IMG/VR virus record: IMGVR_UViG_3300046832_000883
Coordinates: 1-39,839 of that record
Origin: a virus
Taxonomy: Duplodnaviria > Caudoviricetes
DNA length: 39,839 nucleotides
Strand: one strand, 5' to 3'
Shown here: positions 1 through 10,665 of the stretch, one piece after another
Position numbering within the stretch: the stretch's first letter is position 1
Layout: each line of letters starts with the position of its first letter
Notes under the pieces: generated by a model
What the model was told of the DNA's origin: nothing
Databases searched by the model: none
The model's input: the letters and a program-made list of their open reading frames with translations, nothing else
Program-made: the position numbers and the translations under genes

Positions 1-208
1 TCTTGATGCTTCAGCATCAGGAATGCTTTGGGGCGAGGGTTATTGGGGTGTTGGCAAATGGGGTCTTCAGGCTGCAGGTGCCCAGGTTGTGCGTGGTTCG
101 AATCTTGGTTTGGCCCGTGCTGTGCAACTGTTGTTTACTGGTCCAGTTGGTTTGTTCTGGGGTATTGACAGCATTGCTTACAAATTTAATAAGCGAAAGG
201 TTACTGGA
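1..208. repeat. Terminal direct repeat, left copy (circular assembly overlap)
   Basis: Identical to 39632-39839 except C82 vs T39713 (GCC/GCT, both Ala). It lies inside a reading frame that continues across the join. Confidence 0.95.
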
Positions 209-210
209 TA

Positions 211-477
211 ATGGCTATTACGATTACACACACTTTTACTAACGGAACCATTGCTGAGGCCGCTGAAGTAAACGCAAACTTTAACGACGTTGAAAACTAT
301 GTCAACGGTTTGTCCGATGGAACAAATATTGATTCATCGGCAATTACCGCAGCAAAACTTGCTATCAATGCTGTAACAACAACCAAGATTGCTGACGGTT
401 CTGTTACTGAAGCAAAGTTTGAGACAAACTTACTTCAATCTGATTCGGTAATTATTGCAGGGCAGGTGTTTGGGTGA
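211..477 (+). CDS. Short tail-fibre-like or tail-associated structural protein
   Basis: TAATG coupling to the nozzle gene. N-terminal FTNGTIAEAAEVNANF and AITAAKLA/AVTTTKIADGSVTEAK repeats are typical of fibre proximal segments. Confidence 0.6.
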   Translation: MAITITHTFTNGTIAEAAEVNANFNDVENYVNGLSDGTNIDSSAITAAKLAINAVTTTKIADGSVTEAKFETNLLQSDSVIIAGQVFG

Positions 478-650
478 AAGAACCACTTCACATTCCCGCA
501 ATTACTACATTGTCTTCTGTGGACGCTACGGCTATCCGTCAGATTACTTTGTCGTTGGTTGAGGCAATTGAAGACATTAAGAAGGATGTGGCGACTCTTG
601 CGAGTCGTCCACAGAACGGTGCGTTTACAAGGCAAAGGAACGATAGATAA
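474..650 (+). CDS. Hypothetical protein (58 aa, MKEPLHIPAITTLSSVDATAIRQ...), not in ORF track
   Basis: GTGA overlap with the upstream stop and TAATG overlap with the downstream start. It fills the gap exactly. Confidence 0.75.
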   Translation: MKEPLHIPAITTLSSVDATAIRQITLSLVEAIEDIKKDVATLASRPQNGAFTRQRNDR

Positions 651-1087
651 TGGCTTTTAATCCCGCAGAATATACTGCACGGCTTCAGGCTTTGATTAGT
701 GGTTTTAATACTGGCTCTAATCGTGCTCTTTACAACAATCAGATGACCAATCAAAGTGCTCGTCAATCTATTGCCGATATGAACACTCAGTACGATGCAC
801 AGGCTCCAAGGCTTGTTGCCGGCTTTGGACAGCGTGGTATGCGCACAGCCAATGTTAAGAGTGGTGCATTTGCTAAGGCAATGCAAGACTTTGCCAAGGA
901 ACGTGTTAAGCAGACTTCTCGTGCTACTGCTGCCTTGGATACCGAGAATGCTTTTTACAAAAGCGATTTGGCTGAGCGAACAGCTCAGCTTGATGCTGAT
1001 AAGAAGTTTATTGAGAGTGACAAGGCACGACAAATTGCCGAGGATGCTGGGCAAATTATGAGATACAGAGCAGGAGCATACGCATAA
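650..1087 (+). CDS. Putative internal virion (ejection) protein
   Basis: Ala/Gln-rich and helical. First of four coupled genes after the tail genes, the position of podovirus core proteins. Confidence 0.5.
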   Translation: MAFNPAEYTARLQALISGFNTGSNRALYNNQMTNQSARQSIADMNTQYDAQAPRLVAGFGQRGMRTANVKSGAFAKAMQDFAKERVKQTSRATAALDTENAFYKSDLAERTAQLDADKKFIESDKARQIAEDAGQIMRYRAGAYA

Positions 1088-2385
1088 TGAACGAAGCGCA
1101 ACGTAGAGCAATTCAGAACGAAAAGAATAAGGTTGTTACAACTATTCCCCGTTCTCCGACAACTGGTGTTGTATCTTATGACTGGCGTGAGGGTGCTTCT
1201 GCTCAGGAGCGAAATGTTCCTCGTGGTGCGGACCAGGCCGAGCGTGTTGGCAGTCTTGTAACTACTGCTCGCTCTGGTGTTCCTGCTTGGGATTATTCTT
1301 CCGAGATGCGCAATAGCACTCCTGGTGTCAATGCTGCTTACGATGCATCGATTGGTCGCAATCAGCCTGGTGCTCCAGTTTCTGTTGACCCATATGCCGC
1401 CTATGGTGGTCTTGATGGTTTGATTCGTCGTATTTCTGGTTCTGGTTCTGGCTCTGGTTCTGCTGGCAAAGATTCTGCACTTGATTGGGCTAAGTGGAAT
1501 GCTCAGCAGTCAGCTGATGCAACTGCCGCCGCAACACAGTTGCGAGCGTTGCAGGGCTTGCAAGGTCGTCTTGCTTCTGGTGGTTACCGTGGCAATGCTG
1601 ATACTTTGCTTGGACTTATTGACGAACAGAATCGCACAGGCCAGAGTGCAATTGGTGGTAACTACACTTCGGGTATGACGAACATTGGGCAGGGTTATGA
1701 TACGGCTCGGGGTATGATGGATATTGGTTATGGTGGTTTGAATTCTTATCTTGCCGCCAACCAGATTAACCCTTATGCTAATCTTCAGCAGCAGGTTTCA
1801 CCTTCGCAGAATGCGATGCAGTCTTACCTGGATGCTTATGGTGTTTCCAATGACCCAGTTAATCAACAGGTTCAGGCATCTAATATTTCAAATCAGCAGG
1901 CTGCTGATTTCTTTAACCAGTTGCAGGCTTTGCAGTCTGCTAACCAGTTGTCTAATAATCAGTCTGGTATTGATGTGGCTCGTATGGCTCAGTTGATGGC
2001 CAATACTGGTCTTGGTGCTCAACGTGCTGGCTATGAATCTAATGCTGCTTTGGCACAACAGCAGGCCATGAATCAGTTGGCTGACCAGATTAACCAGGCT
2101 CGTTATGGTGTCGAGGAGGGTGTTGCTACTCGCAAGAACGCTCTTGAGGAGGCCATTATTGCTGCTGGTGGTGGCGTGGACGGCAGTATTGCTGGTTCTG
2201 GTGGTGATGGTAAGGCTCCTGTTCCTGGTAGTGCTACATCTCGTGTTGAGCAGATTAAAGCCGCTCCTGACAATTATCCCAACCTCAAGGCTGCCTTGGC
2301 GGATTTGAATCCTGATTACAAGTTCACAACCAAGGCTGCTGCTGAAAAGAAGTTTAAGAATCTTGCAGCTGCTTTCAAGAAGTAA
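1087..2385 (+). CDS. Putative internal virion (ejection) protein
   Basis: 432 aa, Gly/Ala/Gln/Asn-rich low-complexity helical sequence. Position in the core-protein block. Confidence 0.55.
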   Translation: MNEAQRRAIQNEKNKVVTTIPRSPTTGVVSYDWREGASAQERNVPRGADQAERVGSLVTTARSGVPAWDYSSEMRNSTPGVNAAYDASIGRNQPGAPVSVDPYAAYGGLDGLIRRISGSGSGSGSAGKDSALDWAKWNAQQSADATAAATQLRALQGLQGRLASGGYRGNADTLLGLIDEQNRTGQSAIGGNYTSGMTNIGQGYDTARGMMDIGYGGLNSYLAANQINPYANLQQQVSPSQNAMQSYLDAYGVSNDPVNQQVQASNISNQQAADFFNQLQALQSANQLSNNQSGIDVARMAQLMANTGLGAQRAGYESNAALAQQQAMNQLADQINQARYGVEEGVATRKNALEEAIIAAGGGVDGSIAGSGGDGKAPVPGSATSRVEQIKAAPDNYPNLKAALADLNPDYKFTTKAAAEKKFKNLAAAFKK

Positions 2386-2405
2386 CAAAAGGACTAAATA
2401 GTATG
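2382..2405 (+). promoter_or_regulatory. GTAAC-box putative late promoter
   Basis: GTAACAAAAGGACTAAATAGT-ATG; the ATG is 21 nt after the G of GTAAC. Confidence 0.55.
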
Positions 2406-3539
2406 TCTGACTTTAATGCATTGGTTTCTGCGATTATTGCTAGCAAGGGTGGTTCTGACTTTTCATCGAACACTATGGACCCTGTTATGCAGTACCTGAG
2501 TGGCAATTTTCAGCAGAATCCTAGGTTTACTATTGACCAGCTTTATCAGCGTCAGGCTCCGAACAGTACTGCTGCTTTGACTTCTGGTGGACCTATTGCT
2601 ACTGCTGTTGGTCGTATTCGTTCTGGTGTTCCTGCTTGGGAATTGTGGCGTGACGAAATATTGCGTGAAGAATCTGGAATGACTCCTGAAGAGTGGAAGT
2701 CTATTGTAAACAGTTTGGCTGATGAGCATCAGAAGGTCAAGCAGTCATTGCTTGACCAAAGTTTGCAGCAGGATGTTTTTCAGAAGGCTGGCATGGCTGG
2801 TGCTAATGAAACCTATCTCGATAGGAATGAAGATGGCACGATGAAGTTTGCTCCTCGTGCTTACGGTTATGCACCTCAGCAATTTGATGAACTTATTTCT
2901 GCTTTGCCTGCTCAGCAGTCTGCTGATACTGCACGTTACGCAGAGATTGATAAGCGTTACAGGTCGGTTCCTATTACCGATGAACGTGAAAAGGAGAGAT
3001 TGTTGTATGACAAGTATCTTTCTGAGATTCGTGCTAAGGATTCTAAGAAGGAACGTTTGCAGCGTCGTAACAAGAATAATCGTATTGATAATTATAATTA
3101 CGACGTTGAGGGCAACAGGCTTGGAGTTTTGGAAGCTGCAAAGAGTGGTTTCCTGAATGCACCGATTACTCAGTTGTTTGGTCTGAGACCGCTTATTGAT
3201 AGGGCTGGCATGGCTTTTACTGATAATGCTGGTGGTCCGATTGTTCCACGAGGTGCTAATGCTAATTTGCAAGAACTTGAGGCTCGTAGTAGGGCTTCGA
3301 AGGAGGCAAAGCGAAGTGGTCCTCTCAAGGATGCACGTTTGGATTCTATTCGTTCTGCTCGTTCTAACGCCCAGAAAGCTTTTGGCGATACTTTGGTTGG
3401 TTCTTCTGCCGACACACAGCGACGTGCGTCTGACTTGACTATGCAAATTCTTGCCTCATTGGCGCAGCAAGGTGCTACGCCTTTGAAACAGGATATTCTT
3501 TCTAACGCTCTATTGAGGCGTTCAACGAAGAATGGCTAA
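2403..3539 (+). CDS. Putative internal virion protein
   Basis: 378-aa ORF with genome-typical codon use, overlapping the start of the giant gene. Confidence 0.55.
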   Translation: MSDFNALVSAIIASKGGSDFSSNTMDPVMQYLSGNFQQNPRFTIDQLYQRQAPNSTAALTSGGPIATAVGRIRSGVPAWELWRDEILREESGMTPEEWKSIVNSLADEHQKVKQSLLDQSLQQDVFQKAGMAGANETYLDRNEDGTMKFAPRAYGYAPQQFDELISALPAQQSADTARYAEIDKRYRSVPITDEREKERLLYDKYLSEIRAKDSKKERLQRRNKNNRIDNYNYDVEGNRLGVLEAAKSGFLNAPITQLFGLRPLIDRAGMAFTDNAGGPIVPRGANANLQELEARSRASKEAKRSGPLKDARLDSIRSARSNAQKAFGDTLVGSSADTQRRASDLTMQILASLAQQGATPLKQDILSNALLRRSTKNG

Positions 3540-6500
3540 GCTAGGTTCTAAACCCCTGGACATTGTTGCACAGTTAGAGGCTGTTGCTGCTAAGGACCCA
3601 GTTGCTCGTGCTGCTGCTTTGCGTGGTAGGACGAATAAACCTCAGGTTTCTTCGTCTTCTCCTCTTCTTCCTTCTTCTTATATCTCTTCTCTTCTTAAGG
3701 GTATTGACTCTGACCCGTTTGTTAAGAATCCCTCTTTTAAGAAGGATAAACCTTCTGCCGTTCCTCCTGCTCTTTCTGCTTTGAAGAATGTACTTCTTCC
3801 TTTGCAGGTTCTTGATACTCCTCGTCGTGCTGTTATTTCTGGTGTTCGTGAGCTTGTTGATGCTATGGATAGTGACCCTACGACTAAAGCTTCTTTTAGT
3901 GATTTCTCTAGGCAGACTAAAGATTTTAATTATGGTTTTGGTACCGCTTTCCCGATGAAGGGTTGGGCTGGTCGTATTCTTGGTTTTGTTGGTGATGTTG
4001 CTTTGGACCCTTTGACTTATGCAACGCTTGGTGGAACTGTGGTTGGCAATAAACTGATTAGGCTTTCGGCTGCTGAGTTGGCCAATGTTGCTGATGGTGG
4101 CATTGCACGTTTGGGTGCTAAGGAATTATCTGATTTAGGAATCAAGAAGATTGCTGATGACGTTTACGAGACTTCTGCTCGTTCTGCTATTTTTGGTACA
4201 AAGAAGTCTGGTCGTGCTGCGGCTAAGAGTGTGACTGGTCGTGAGGGCCGTTTCAAGCTTGCCGATTTTGTGCAAAAGCGTATGGAGTGGTCTACCAGGA
4301 ATGGTCTTGCCGATTACTCACCTGATGAGATTGCTTCTGTTTTTAAGAACATTTCTTCTCAGGGAAAGATGAACATCCCTGATTCTATTGCTCGTGAGTT
4401 GGGTATTCGAGGTCCTGGTGTTTACTACTTTGGTAGTCGCTTGAAAGTTCCTGGCACCGATATTGTTGGTAAGTTGATTGAGCGTGGAATAACTCGTGTT
4501 CGTTTGGGTGCTGTTAGAACTTCTGGTATTGAGGCTTTGCAGAAGGCTATTACACCTAGGGGTGTTGGTGCTATTGAGTACTTTGGTCCAGGCACTATTA
4601 AGAAGTATCGAATTGGTTTGGCGAATGGTTCGCTTACCGATGAACAAGCGCAGTTGGGCCGTAGTATTTTGAATGCCGATGATGTGCGACGTATTTCTTA
4701 TTCTCAGGCTGAACATCAGGCCGAGACTCGTTTGGCTGCTCTTCGTGAAGTTGTTTCTTTGCCAGAGAATGCAAACATTCGTTATCTTCTTGACAATGTT
4801 GAAACTGGCGACATGGCAGCTGAGGCTGCCAATCGTGGTATTTCTGGCGACCAATTAAGGATTGCACAGGAGTTGCGTGTTGTTCTTGATGATTTGCACA
4901 GGGTTACTGACGAAGGTTGGCAGACTGTTGTTCCTGACCATGTTTTGGGTTTTCAAAGGGGTTACGTTCCACACAGTTCAACTGAGCGTTTTCTTGAGTG
5001 GTTGGATACTGTTGACCCAGTTGTTCGTGATGCTAACTATGTTCCTGATTCTAGCAACTTACATATTGTAGGTAATTTTAGGGAGAGGCGTTTGAGGCCA
5101 GGTTCTGCTTGGTTTGGAAATATTTTGCAACAGTCGGACTTGAACATTGACACTTTGAACAAGATGGCTTTTCCTGTTCTTGGCTTTGATGCTTTTGAAA
5201 CTGACATGTCAAAGATTCTTTCTGCTTATGTTCGTGGTCATTCTAATATGATGGCGAACGTTGGAATGATGAATTCTCTTAAGGAGAATCCAAACATTGT
5301 CAAGTTGATGGATGGTTATATGGGTGTTGCTCCAGAGTATGTTGAGCAGATGCATGTTGCTTCTGCTAAGGCTTTTGATGCTGTTCTGGAATCAATCCAG
5401 AATCTTCATTCTGGATTGCGTGACTCTTTGAATGCACTTGGTTCACAGCTCGAAAAGAAGTACACAAGTCTTTCTGATGCCTTGTCTTATCTTCGCAGTC
5501 CTGGTGTTACTCAGTCTGACCTGGATGATTTGCGCAGGCACCTTACCCTTGCCATAGCTGACGCTTCTACCAAGTATTACGAGATGATTCGTTTGCAGGG
5601 TGTTGTTGGTGACATGCTTCCCAACGTTGATGGCTTTGCTGCTTATGCTGCTCTTGCCACTAAGTCTTCTGCTTTGTCTGAGGAGTTTCAGCGACTTACA
5701 AATGTTATTACAAATTTTGACCAGCTTGAATATGTTTCCCCTCAACAACTTGCTGGGTTCCTGGAGGATTTTGCTTCTTACGAGGAATCTATGGCTGGTT
5801 TGTTGCGCAGCCAGGCATCTTTGATGCAAGCTGCTTCGTACCTTGGTCCTCTTTCTACTTACTCTCGTGCTCGTGGAACTATTTACGAAGAGGTTATTAA
5901 GATTGTTACTACTCTGAACAAAGAGAAAGTTCCTAATCCTTTTGTTTCTACTTCTGGTCTTACTCTTGATGATGTTGAGATTGGTTTGGTTTCTTTGACT
6001 TCCGAACCGTTTTTGCGTGATGTTTCTAAATCTCTTGATTATGGTCGTTCTATTTCATCTTTCCTTTATTCTCGTTATCCAGATATGTCTGAACGTATCG
6101 AAGAACTTGTTGCTCCCATTCTTGCTAATTTGAATCGTGTTCCTTTGAAGCCGGCAACTCAGGGTCAAATTGATTCTTTGTCTAAGGCTTCTGCTGCTTC
6201 TTCTATGCGTGTTTCTGAGAGACTTAAGTCTGTTGAGAAAGTTCGTGCTCTTGTGTCTAGGGCTGATTTTTTGCAGAAGGAAATAGATTTTAATAAGACT
6301 CAAATTGAACTTGCCAAGAAGCGTGTTTCTGCGAATCAGAAAACTCTTAAAATTGCCCAGAAGAACTTGAAGGAAAATTTTGCTAATCGCAAAGTTTCTG
6401 AATCTTTTTCTACTGGCTCGCAATCATTTTTTCGCAATGTTGCTGAGGCGAAAGCAGCGCTTCAGGAGTCCGAACTTCTTTTGTCTGAATTGAAAAAAGA

Positions 6501-9500
6501 TTTATCTCGTTCTTATAGCGACCTTTATAGGATGAATCGACCTGAGTTGGATAAGCAGTTGGCTTCTGCACAAAAGCGTTTGGATGTTGCCAATTTGGAT
6601 TACAGCAAGAAGCAGTCTGCTTACCTTGCTGCCAAAAATCGTTCTGACGATGTTTTGTCTGTTGAGTCTGATTACAGGGATTCTTTGTATCGCATGCAGC
6701 GTATTGTTGCACAGCTTAAGACCTCTGTTGAGGTTTCCCATCTTAGGGAAGTCTTTGCTTACTATGGTATTGATATTGGCGATTCTTTGTTGGACGACAT
6801 TCTAAAGAAGAACTTTGCTCTTATTGACACAACCTCGAAAGGTTCCAAGGCTGGCTTGGTTGACATTGACCCTATTTTTTCTAGGGAGATGGATGTTCTT
6901 GATTTGCGTTATATTGCAGACAGGGTTGAAGGTCGTTTGAAAGAAGCTAAACGAAATGCTTTACTGAATAAAGAACGTTTGAATAATGCACTTAAACCAA
7001 AGGCTAAGCCAGTTGGTCCTGCTGGCAAGTCTGTTGTTCCTATTGTTACTGACCCCGAGACTGCTTCTCGTAGGTCTTTGGAATTGAGTCAGTCTCTCAA
7101 TCATGATTTGGCTAAATCTGCAAAGAACACTACTGATGCTTTGCTTTCTTTGTCTCCTTTGAATGGTGTTGCTATTGATTGGACTTTTGGTGGTCGTGTT
7201 GCTCCTCCCAAGGTTTCTGCTATGGGTCGAACTGGTGGCGATTTTGATTTGCAGTTTCCTAGTGATGGTGCTTGGGAATCTCTTTTCCGTGAGTCAATGA
7301 GTTCTAGCCGTATTACTACTTCTATTTCTGATTGGGCCAACTCTGAGCCTGTTTTGGATATTACTGCTCCTGGTTGGCAGAGGTCTTATGGTGGCGAGAA
7401 GCCGAGCAACGAAGCTTCTCTTAACCTTTTTGTGCAATACCAGTTGGCTCTTGGTGGTGAGGTTCTTTCTCCTCAATCTGTTTCTAATAGGCGTTACAAG
7501 TTTGTTTTAGATTCTTGGCGTAAGTCTGACGAGTATAAGACTTTTAAGGAGCTTGATGGCCTAGATGCTTCTTTGGTTGTTGATGACATTATCAACGCTG
7601 ATGTTGTTCGCATTGAAGATGCGAAGAAGGTTATTCTTGATTCTATTGATAATGCAGAGACCAATTTGGCTGCCTCCGTTGCGGAGGCTGCTGAGGCTGA
7701 TGAAATGGTACCTGAACTTGTTATTGATAGGAATAAGAAGTTGTTGAATCTTCTTACTCGCCCCGAAGGATACAAGCCTGGTCCAGTTGTTGATGCTGCT
7801 GATTTGCCTGTTGAGTCTCTTGACCCCATTGATGAGTTAAAGAATTATACAAATGCATTGAAGCAGGAGTCTACTGATGAACAGGAGCTTATTGCTAAGT
7901 TGCCTACTTCTTCTTTTGGCGATGTTGATGCTGATATTAACGATGTTGCTTTTGATGCAGACATTGGTCTTGGTGAGGATTTTCGTGCGTTAAATGAGGC
8001 AGCTCGTCTTAGGGGCGTTGTTGATGTTAGTGGACCCGCCAGTGTTCCTGTTACTCCAGATTTTGAGTTTAACTTAATGAAGCGTCGTGAAGCCAGTCAG
8101 CGACTTGAAACTATTTTTGATTCTGGAACACTTGAGACTAAGACTGTTGCTGAGTTGGAGTATGAAATATCTCTTCTCCAGCGCATGATTGCTGAAGAAG
8201 TTTATACCGATGGTCTGTCTACTAGTAGTCGTCTTCGGTCAATGATTAAGGCACGTCGAGCCGCTCTTGATTCTACTTTTAAGGGTCCTGATACTAGTTT
8301 TGCTCGTGGCAAGGGTCTTCCTGTTTCTGTAAAGATTGCACGGAAGCAGAGGACTTCTATGGGTGTTAAGTTGTATGACTCTAATGGCAAACCCAAGATG
8401 GTTGATGATATACGTCCATCTATTATTGGTACTTTTCGTAAATATGAAGATGGTCGCATATTTTTGCGCAAAGAAGATATGTCTGCCTACGACGGAGCAG
8501 CGCTGTGGCAGCGGGCTAGGGCTAAGTCTGGTGAATGGGTTGAAGTTAGATGGCGTCCAATTCAGAGTGCTGAAGATAATCTTCTTACAGTAGAGCAGCG
8601 CCAAGCTCTTGGTTGGTTTCCTGTTGGTGATGATAGTTTTCCAGCTCTTTCCAGAAGGTGGATGAAGCCAGTTGAGTTTGGCGATGAGTTGTGGGATGGT
8701 TCTGAAGTTCCTTATGGCATGAAGCATACTTTGGCTAATAATTTTGGCGGAGAGATTGAGGCTGTTGAGGTTGATTCGTTTCTTGCTCCTCTTGCTCCTA
8801 TACCAGAAGACTCTTTTCCTACCGTCAAGGTTCCTAAGACTGGTTTGATTGGCAATGAAGAAGCTTTTAGTAAATTGCAAAGGGATTTGGATTCCATAGT
8901 TTCTAGTGGTTCTGTTGATTCTGCTGCTGCTGCTGCGGCTAGTCGTGATGCCGATGATTTGGTTCGTTCTTTACAGAATCAATTTGATTCAGTAAAGGAT
9001 TTGGTTAAGCCTGATATTGACCCTGCTGATGTTGCACAGCAACTGAAGCGTATTGAGGATGTCTTTGACAAGATGACTAGGGCTAGGGTGGGTATTCGTT
9101 GGGACCCTAATATCAAGGTTAATAAGACTGGTCGTTTTAAGAGTTCTACTGGTGATGAGTGGTACAACGCTACTTTGCCCATCCCCTCTGGCCGCACCAG
9201 GGTTCGTAATCGTATTGCTGGTACTTCTCCTGAAGCTCGTGCATACGAGCATGGTCTTAAGACACTTGAAGAGGGTATTGAAATGCTGCGTACTCTTGGC
9301 AAGCGTGGTAATGGTTTTGCTCATCTTGAACAGATAGCACAGAATCAGATACGACTTGAGACTGAGTTCTTGGCTGCAGCTTCTGTTCTTTCAGATACAG
9401 AAGTTGAGCAACGCCTTCTTGCTGGACTTCAGAATTCTATTCTGCGCATGGAAGAGGGCGGTCAGGTTTTTGATATTGCATCGAATGCTCCTGTTGGTTC

Positions 9501-10665
9501 TTTTGCTTCTAGCAATACATCTAAGTTTTTTCCAGAACTTACTAATGGTTGGAGGTATCTTGGCGAGAAGTATCCTGGTCTTGCCGGCTCGCCAGAGTTT
9601 GCTACCTTGTGGGAAACTGCTATGAAGTTTGATGACCCAGATTATTTGCGTGCTATGCAGAAGTATGTTGGTTCTTACACCAAGTTCTTTAAGGCTTATG
9701 CGACAATGACACCTGGCTTTCACGTTCGTAACGGAATTGCTAACGCTGTAAAGTTGGTTTTTATGGGTGCTCAATGGCGCAACATGATGGATGCCACCCC
9801 CATATATGTTTCTTGGATGAAGGCGTCAGCACGTGGCGTTTTGTGGGATGACTTCATTCTTACTCAGCCTGCCGAGATTCGCAATGCTTTGATTATTGCT
9901 AGGAAGTCTATGTACGGTTCTGGTGGAGGTATCTTTACCAACGACTTTAAGGATGCTGTTGGTGGTTCGTGGCTTTGGGACAATAAGCTTGTGCGATTCA
10001 ATGCTAAGTGGGGTCAGGCTTCTGACAACTACAGCCGTTTTGTTCTTGGTTTTGATTCTGCTCGAAGTGGAATGGATGTTGGTATGGCCCAAGCTCGTTC
10101 CAAGAAGGCGTTTTTTGACTATGAAGACTTGAGTCAGGTTGACGCAGTTATGCGTCAGTTCGTTCCTTTCTGGTTGTGGACATCTCGCAACTTGGTGTTT
10201 GAGTTGCAGAATCAGTGGTTGAATCCTAAGCCTTATCAGATATACCGTTCGTTTATGCGCAATCTGCGTGATGACGAGTATGAAGAGGAAGAGTATCCAT
10301 CTAGGTTCATTAGGGAGATGGGTGGTATTAAGTTGCCGTTTGGCGGCAACAACTTGTATCTGGCTCCAGACCTTGGCTTTACACGCACCGAGCAGCAGCT
10401 TGAGGAGATTTTTAATCCCATCCGTTACGGCAACAACTTGAACCCATTATTGAAGGTTCCTTTGGAGCAATTTTTGGGTAAGTCTATTTTTACTGGCAAA
10501 GAGATGGATACCTCGAAGGAACGATTAATTCATATATTAAAGGGTTTTGTGCCACCCGTACAGCAGGGCGACAGGTTGTTTGGCAGCGAGGGTGATGCTG
10601 CTAAGAATGCCTGGTTGTCTACTGTTGGTTCGCCAATTCGTACTTATCAAACCAAGGAGAAATAA
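3532..10665 (+). CDS. Giant internal virion / DNA-ejection protein (2377 aa)
   Basis: Last and largest core-block gene. N-terminal GFVGDVALDPLTY and C-terminal ATMTPGFHVRN...FFDYEDL...VPFWLW segments resemble large podovirus internal proteins; central coiled coil. Confidence 0.65.
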   Translation: MAKLGSKPLDIVAQLEAVAAKDPVARAAALRGRTNKPQVSSSSPLLPSSYISSLLKGIDSDPFVKNPSFKKDKPSAVPPALSALKNVLLPLQVLDTPRRAVISGVRELVDAMDSDPTTKASFSDFSRQTKDFNYGFGTAFPMKGWAGRILGFVGDVALDPLTYATLGGTVVGNKLIRLSAAELANVADGGIARLGAKELSDLGIKKIADDVYETSARSAIFGTKKSGRAAAKSVTGREGRFKLADFVQKRMEWSTRNGLADYSPDEIASVFKNISSQGKMNIPDSIARELGIRGPGVYYFGSRLKVPGTDIVGKLIERGITRVRLGAVRTSGIEALQKAITPRGVGAIEYFGPGTIKKYRIGLANGSLTDEQAQLGRSILNADDVRRISYSQAEHQAETRLAALREVVSLPENANIRYLLDNVETGDMAAEAANRGISGDQLRIAQELRVVLDDLHRVTDEGWQTVVPDHVLGFQRGYVPHSSTERFLEWLDTVDPVVRDANYVPDSSNLHIVGNFRERRLRPGSAWFGNILQQSDLNIDTLNKMAFPVLGFDAFETDMSKILSAYVRGHSNMMANVGMMNSLKENPNIVKLMDGYMGVAPEYVEQMHVASAKAFDAVLESIQNLHSGLRDSLNALGSQLEKKYTSLSDALSYLRSPGVTQSDLDDLRRHLTLAIADASTKYYEMIRLQGVVGDMLPNVDGFAAYAALATKSSALSEEFQRLTNVITNFDQLEYVSPQQLAGFLEDFASYEESMAGLLRSQASLMQAASYLGPLSTYSRARGTIYEEVIKIVTTLNKEKVPNPFVSTSGLTLDDVEIGLVSLTSEPFLRDVSKSLDYGRSISSFLYSRYPDMSERIEELVAPILANLNRVPLKPATQGQIDSLSKASAASSMRVSERLKSVEKVRALVSRADFLQKEIDFNKTQIELAKKRVSANQKTLKIAQKNLKENFANRKVSESFSTGSQSFFRNVAEAKAALQESELLLSELKKDLSRSYSDLYRMNRPELDKQLASAQKRLDVANLDYSKKQSAYLAAKNRSDDVLSVESDYRDSLYRMQRIVAQLKTSVEVSHLREVFAYYGIDIGDSLLDDILKKNFALIDTTSKGSKAGLVDIDPIFSREMDVLDLRYIADRVEGRLKEAKRNALLNKERLNNALKPKAKPVGPAGKSVVPIVTDPETASRRSLELSQSLNHDLAKSAKNTTDALLSLSPLNGVAIDWTFGGRVAPPKVSAMGRTGGDFDLQFPSDGAWESLFRESMSSSRITTSISDWANSEPVLDITAPGWQRSYGGEKPSNEASLNLFVQYQLALGGEVLSPQSVSNRRYKFVLDSWRKSDEYKTFKELDGLDASLVVDDIINADVVRIEDAKKVILDSIDNAETNLAASVAEAAEADEMVPELVIDRNKKLLNLLTRPEGYKPGPVVDAADLPVESLDPIDELKNYTNALKQESTDEQELIAKLPTSSFGDVDADINDVAFDADIGLGEDFRALNEAARLRGVVDVSGPASVPVTPDFEFNLMKRREASQRLETIFDSGTLETKTVAELEYEISLLQRMIAEEVYTDGLSTSSRLRSMIKARRAALDSTFKGPDTSFARGKGLPVSVKIARKQRTSMGVKLYDSNGKPKMVDDIRPSIIGTFRKYEDGRIFLRKEDMSAYDGAALWQRARAKSGEWVEVRWRPIQSAEDNLLTVEQRQALGWFPVGDDSFPALSRRWMKPVEFGDELWDGSEVPYGMKHTLANNFGGEIEAVEVDSFLAPLAPIPEDSFPTVKVPKTGLIGNEEAFSKLQRDLDSIVSSGSVDSAAAAAASRDADDLVRSLQNQFDSVKDLVKPDIDPADVAQQLKRIEDVFDKMTRARVGIRWDPNIKVNKTGRFKSSTGDEWYNATLPIPSGRTRVRNRIAGTSPEARAYEHGLKTLEEGIEMLRTLGKRGNGFAHLEQIAQNQIRLETEFLAAASVLSDTEVEQRLLAGLQNSILRMEEGGQVFDIASNAPVGSFASSNTSKFFPELTNGWRYLGEKYPGLAGSPEFATLWETAMKFDDPDYLRAMQKYVGSYTKFFKAYATMTPGFHVRNGIANAVKLVFMGAQWRNMMDATPIYVSWMKASARGVLWDDFILTQPAEIRNALIIARKSMYGSGGGIFTNDFKDAVGGSWLWDNKLVRFNAKWGQASDNYSRFVLGFDSARSGMDVGMAQARSKKAFFDYEDLSQVDAVMRQFVPFWLWTSRNLVFELQNQWLNPKPYQIYRSFMRNLRDDEYEEEEYPSRFIREMGGIKLPFGGNNLYLAPDLGFTRTEQQLEEIFNPIRYGNNLNPLLKVPLEQFLGKSIFTGKEMDTSKERLIHILKGFVPPVQQGDRLFGSEGDAAKNAWLSTVGSPIRTYQTKEK

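Noticed and set aside
1-208. 208-bp repeat as a biological terminal repeat or a DGR template/variable pair
   Set aside because: It cuts through a coding gene at the contig ends, has a single C/T synonymous change, and there is no reverse transcriptase. An assembly overlap is simpler.
7900-7990. GDVDAD in the giant protein as a virion RNA polymerase DxDxD active site
   Set aside because: It lies in an acidic low-complexity stretch with no other RNAP motifs recognisable, so I did not call it without a structural search.
539-10421. Many long - strand and alternative-frame ORFs over the virion genes (e.g. 2745-3446, 8239-8880)
   Set aside because: Shadow ORFs expected from the biased codon use, with no RBS or motifs. 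This contrasts with the nested MTase frame, which has both.
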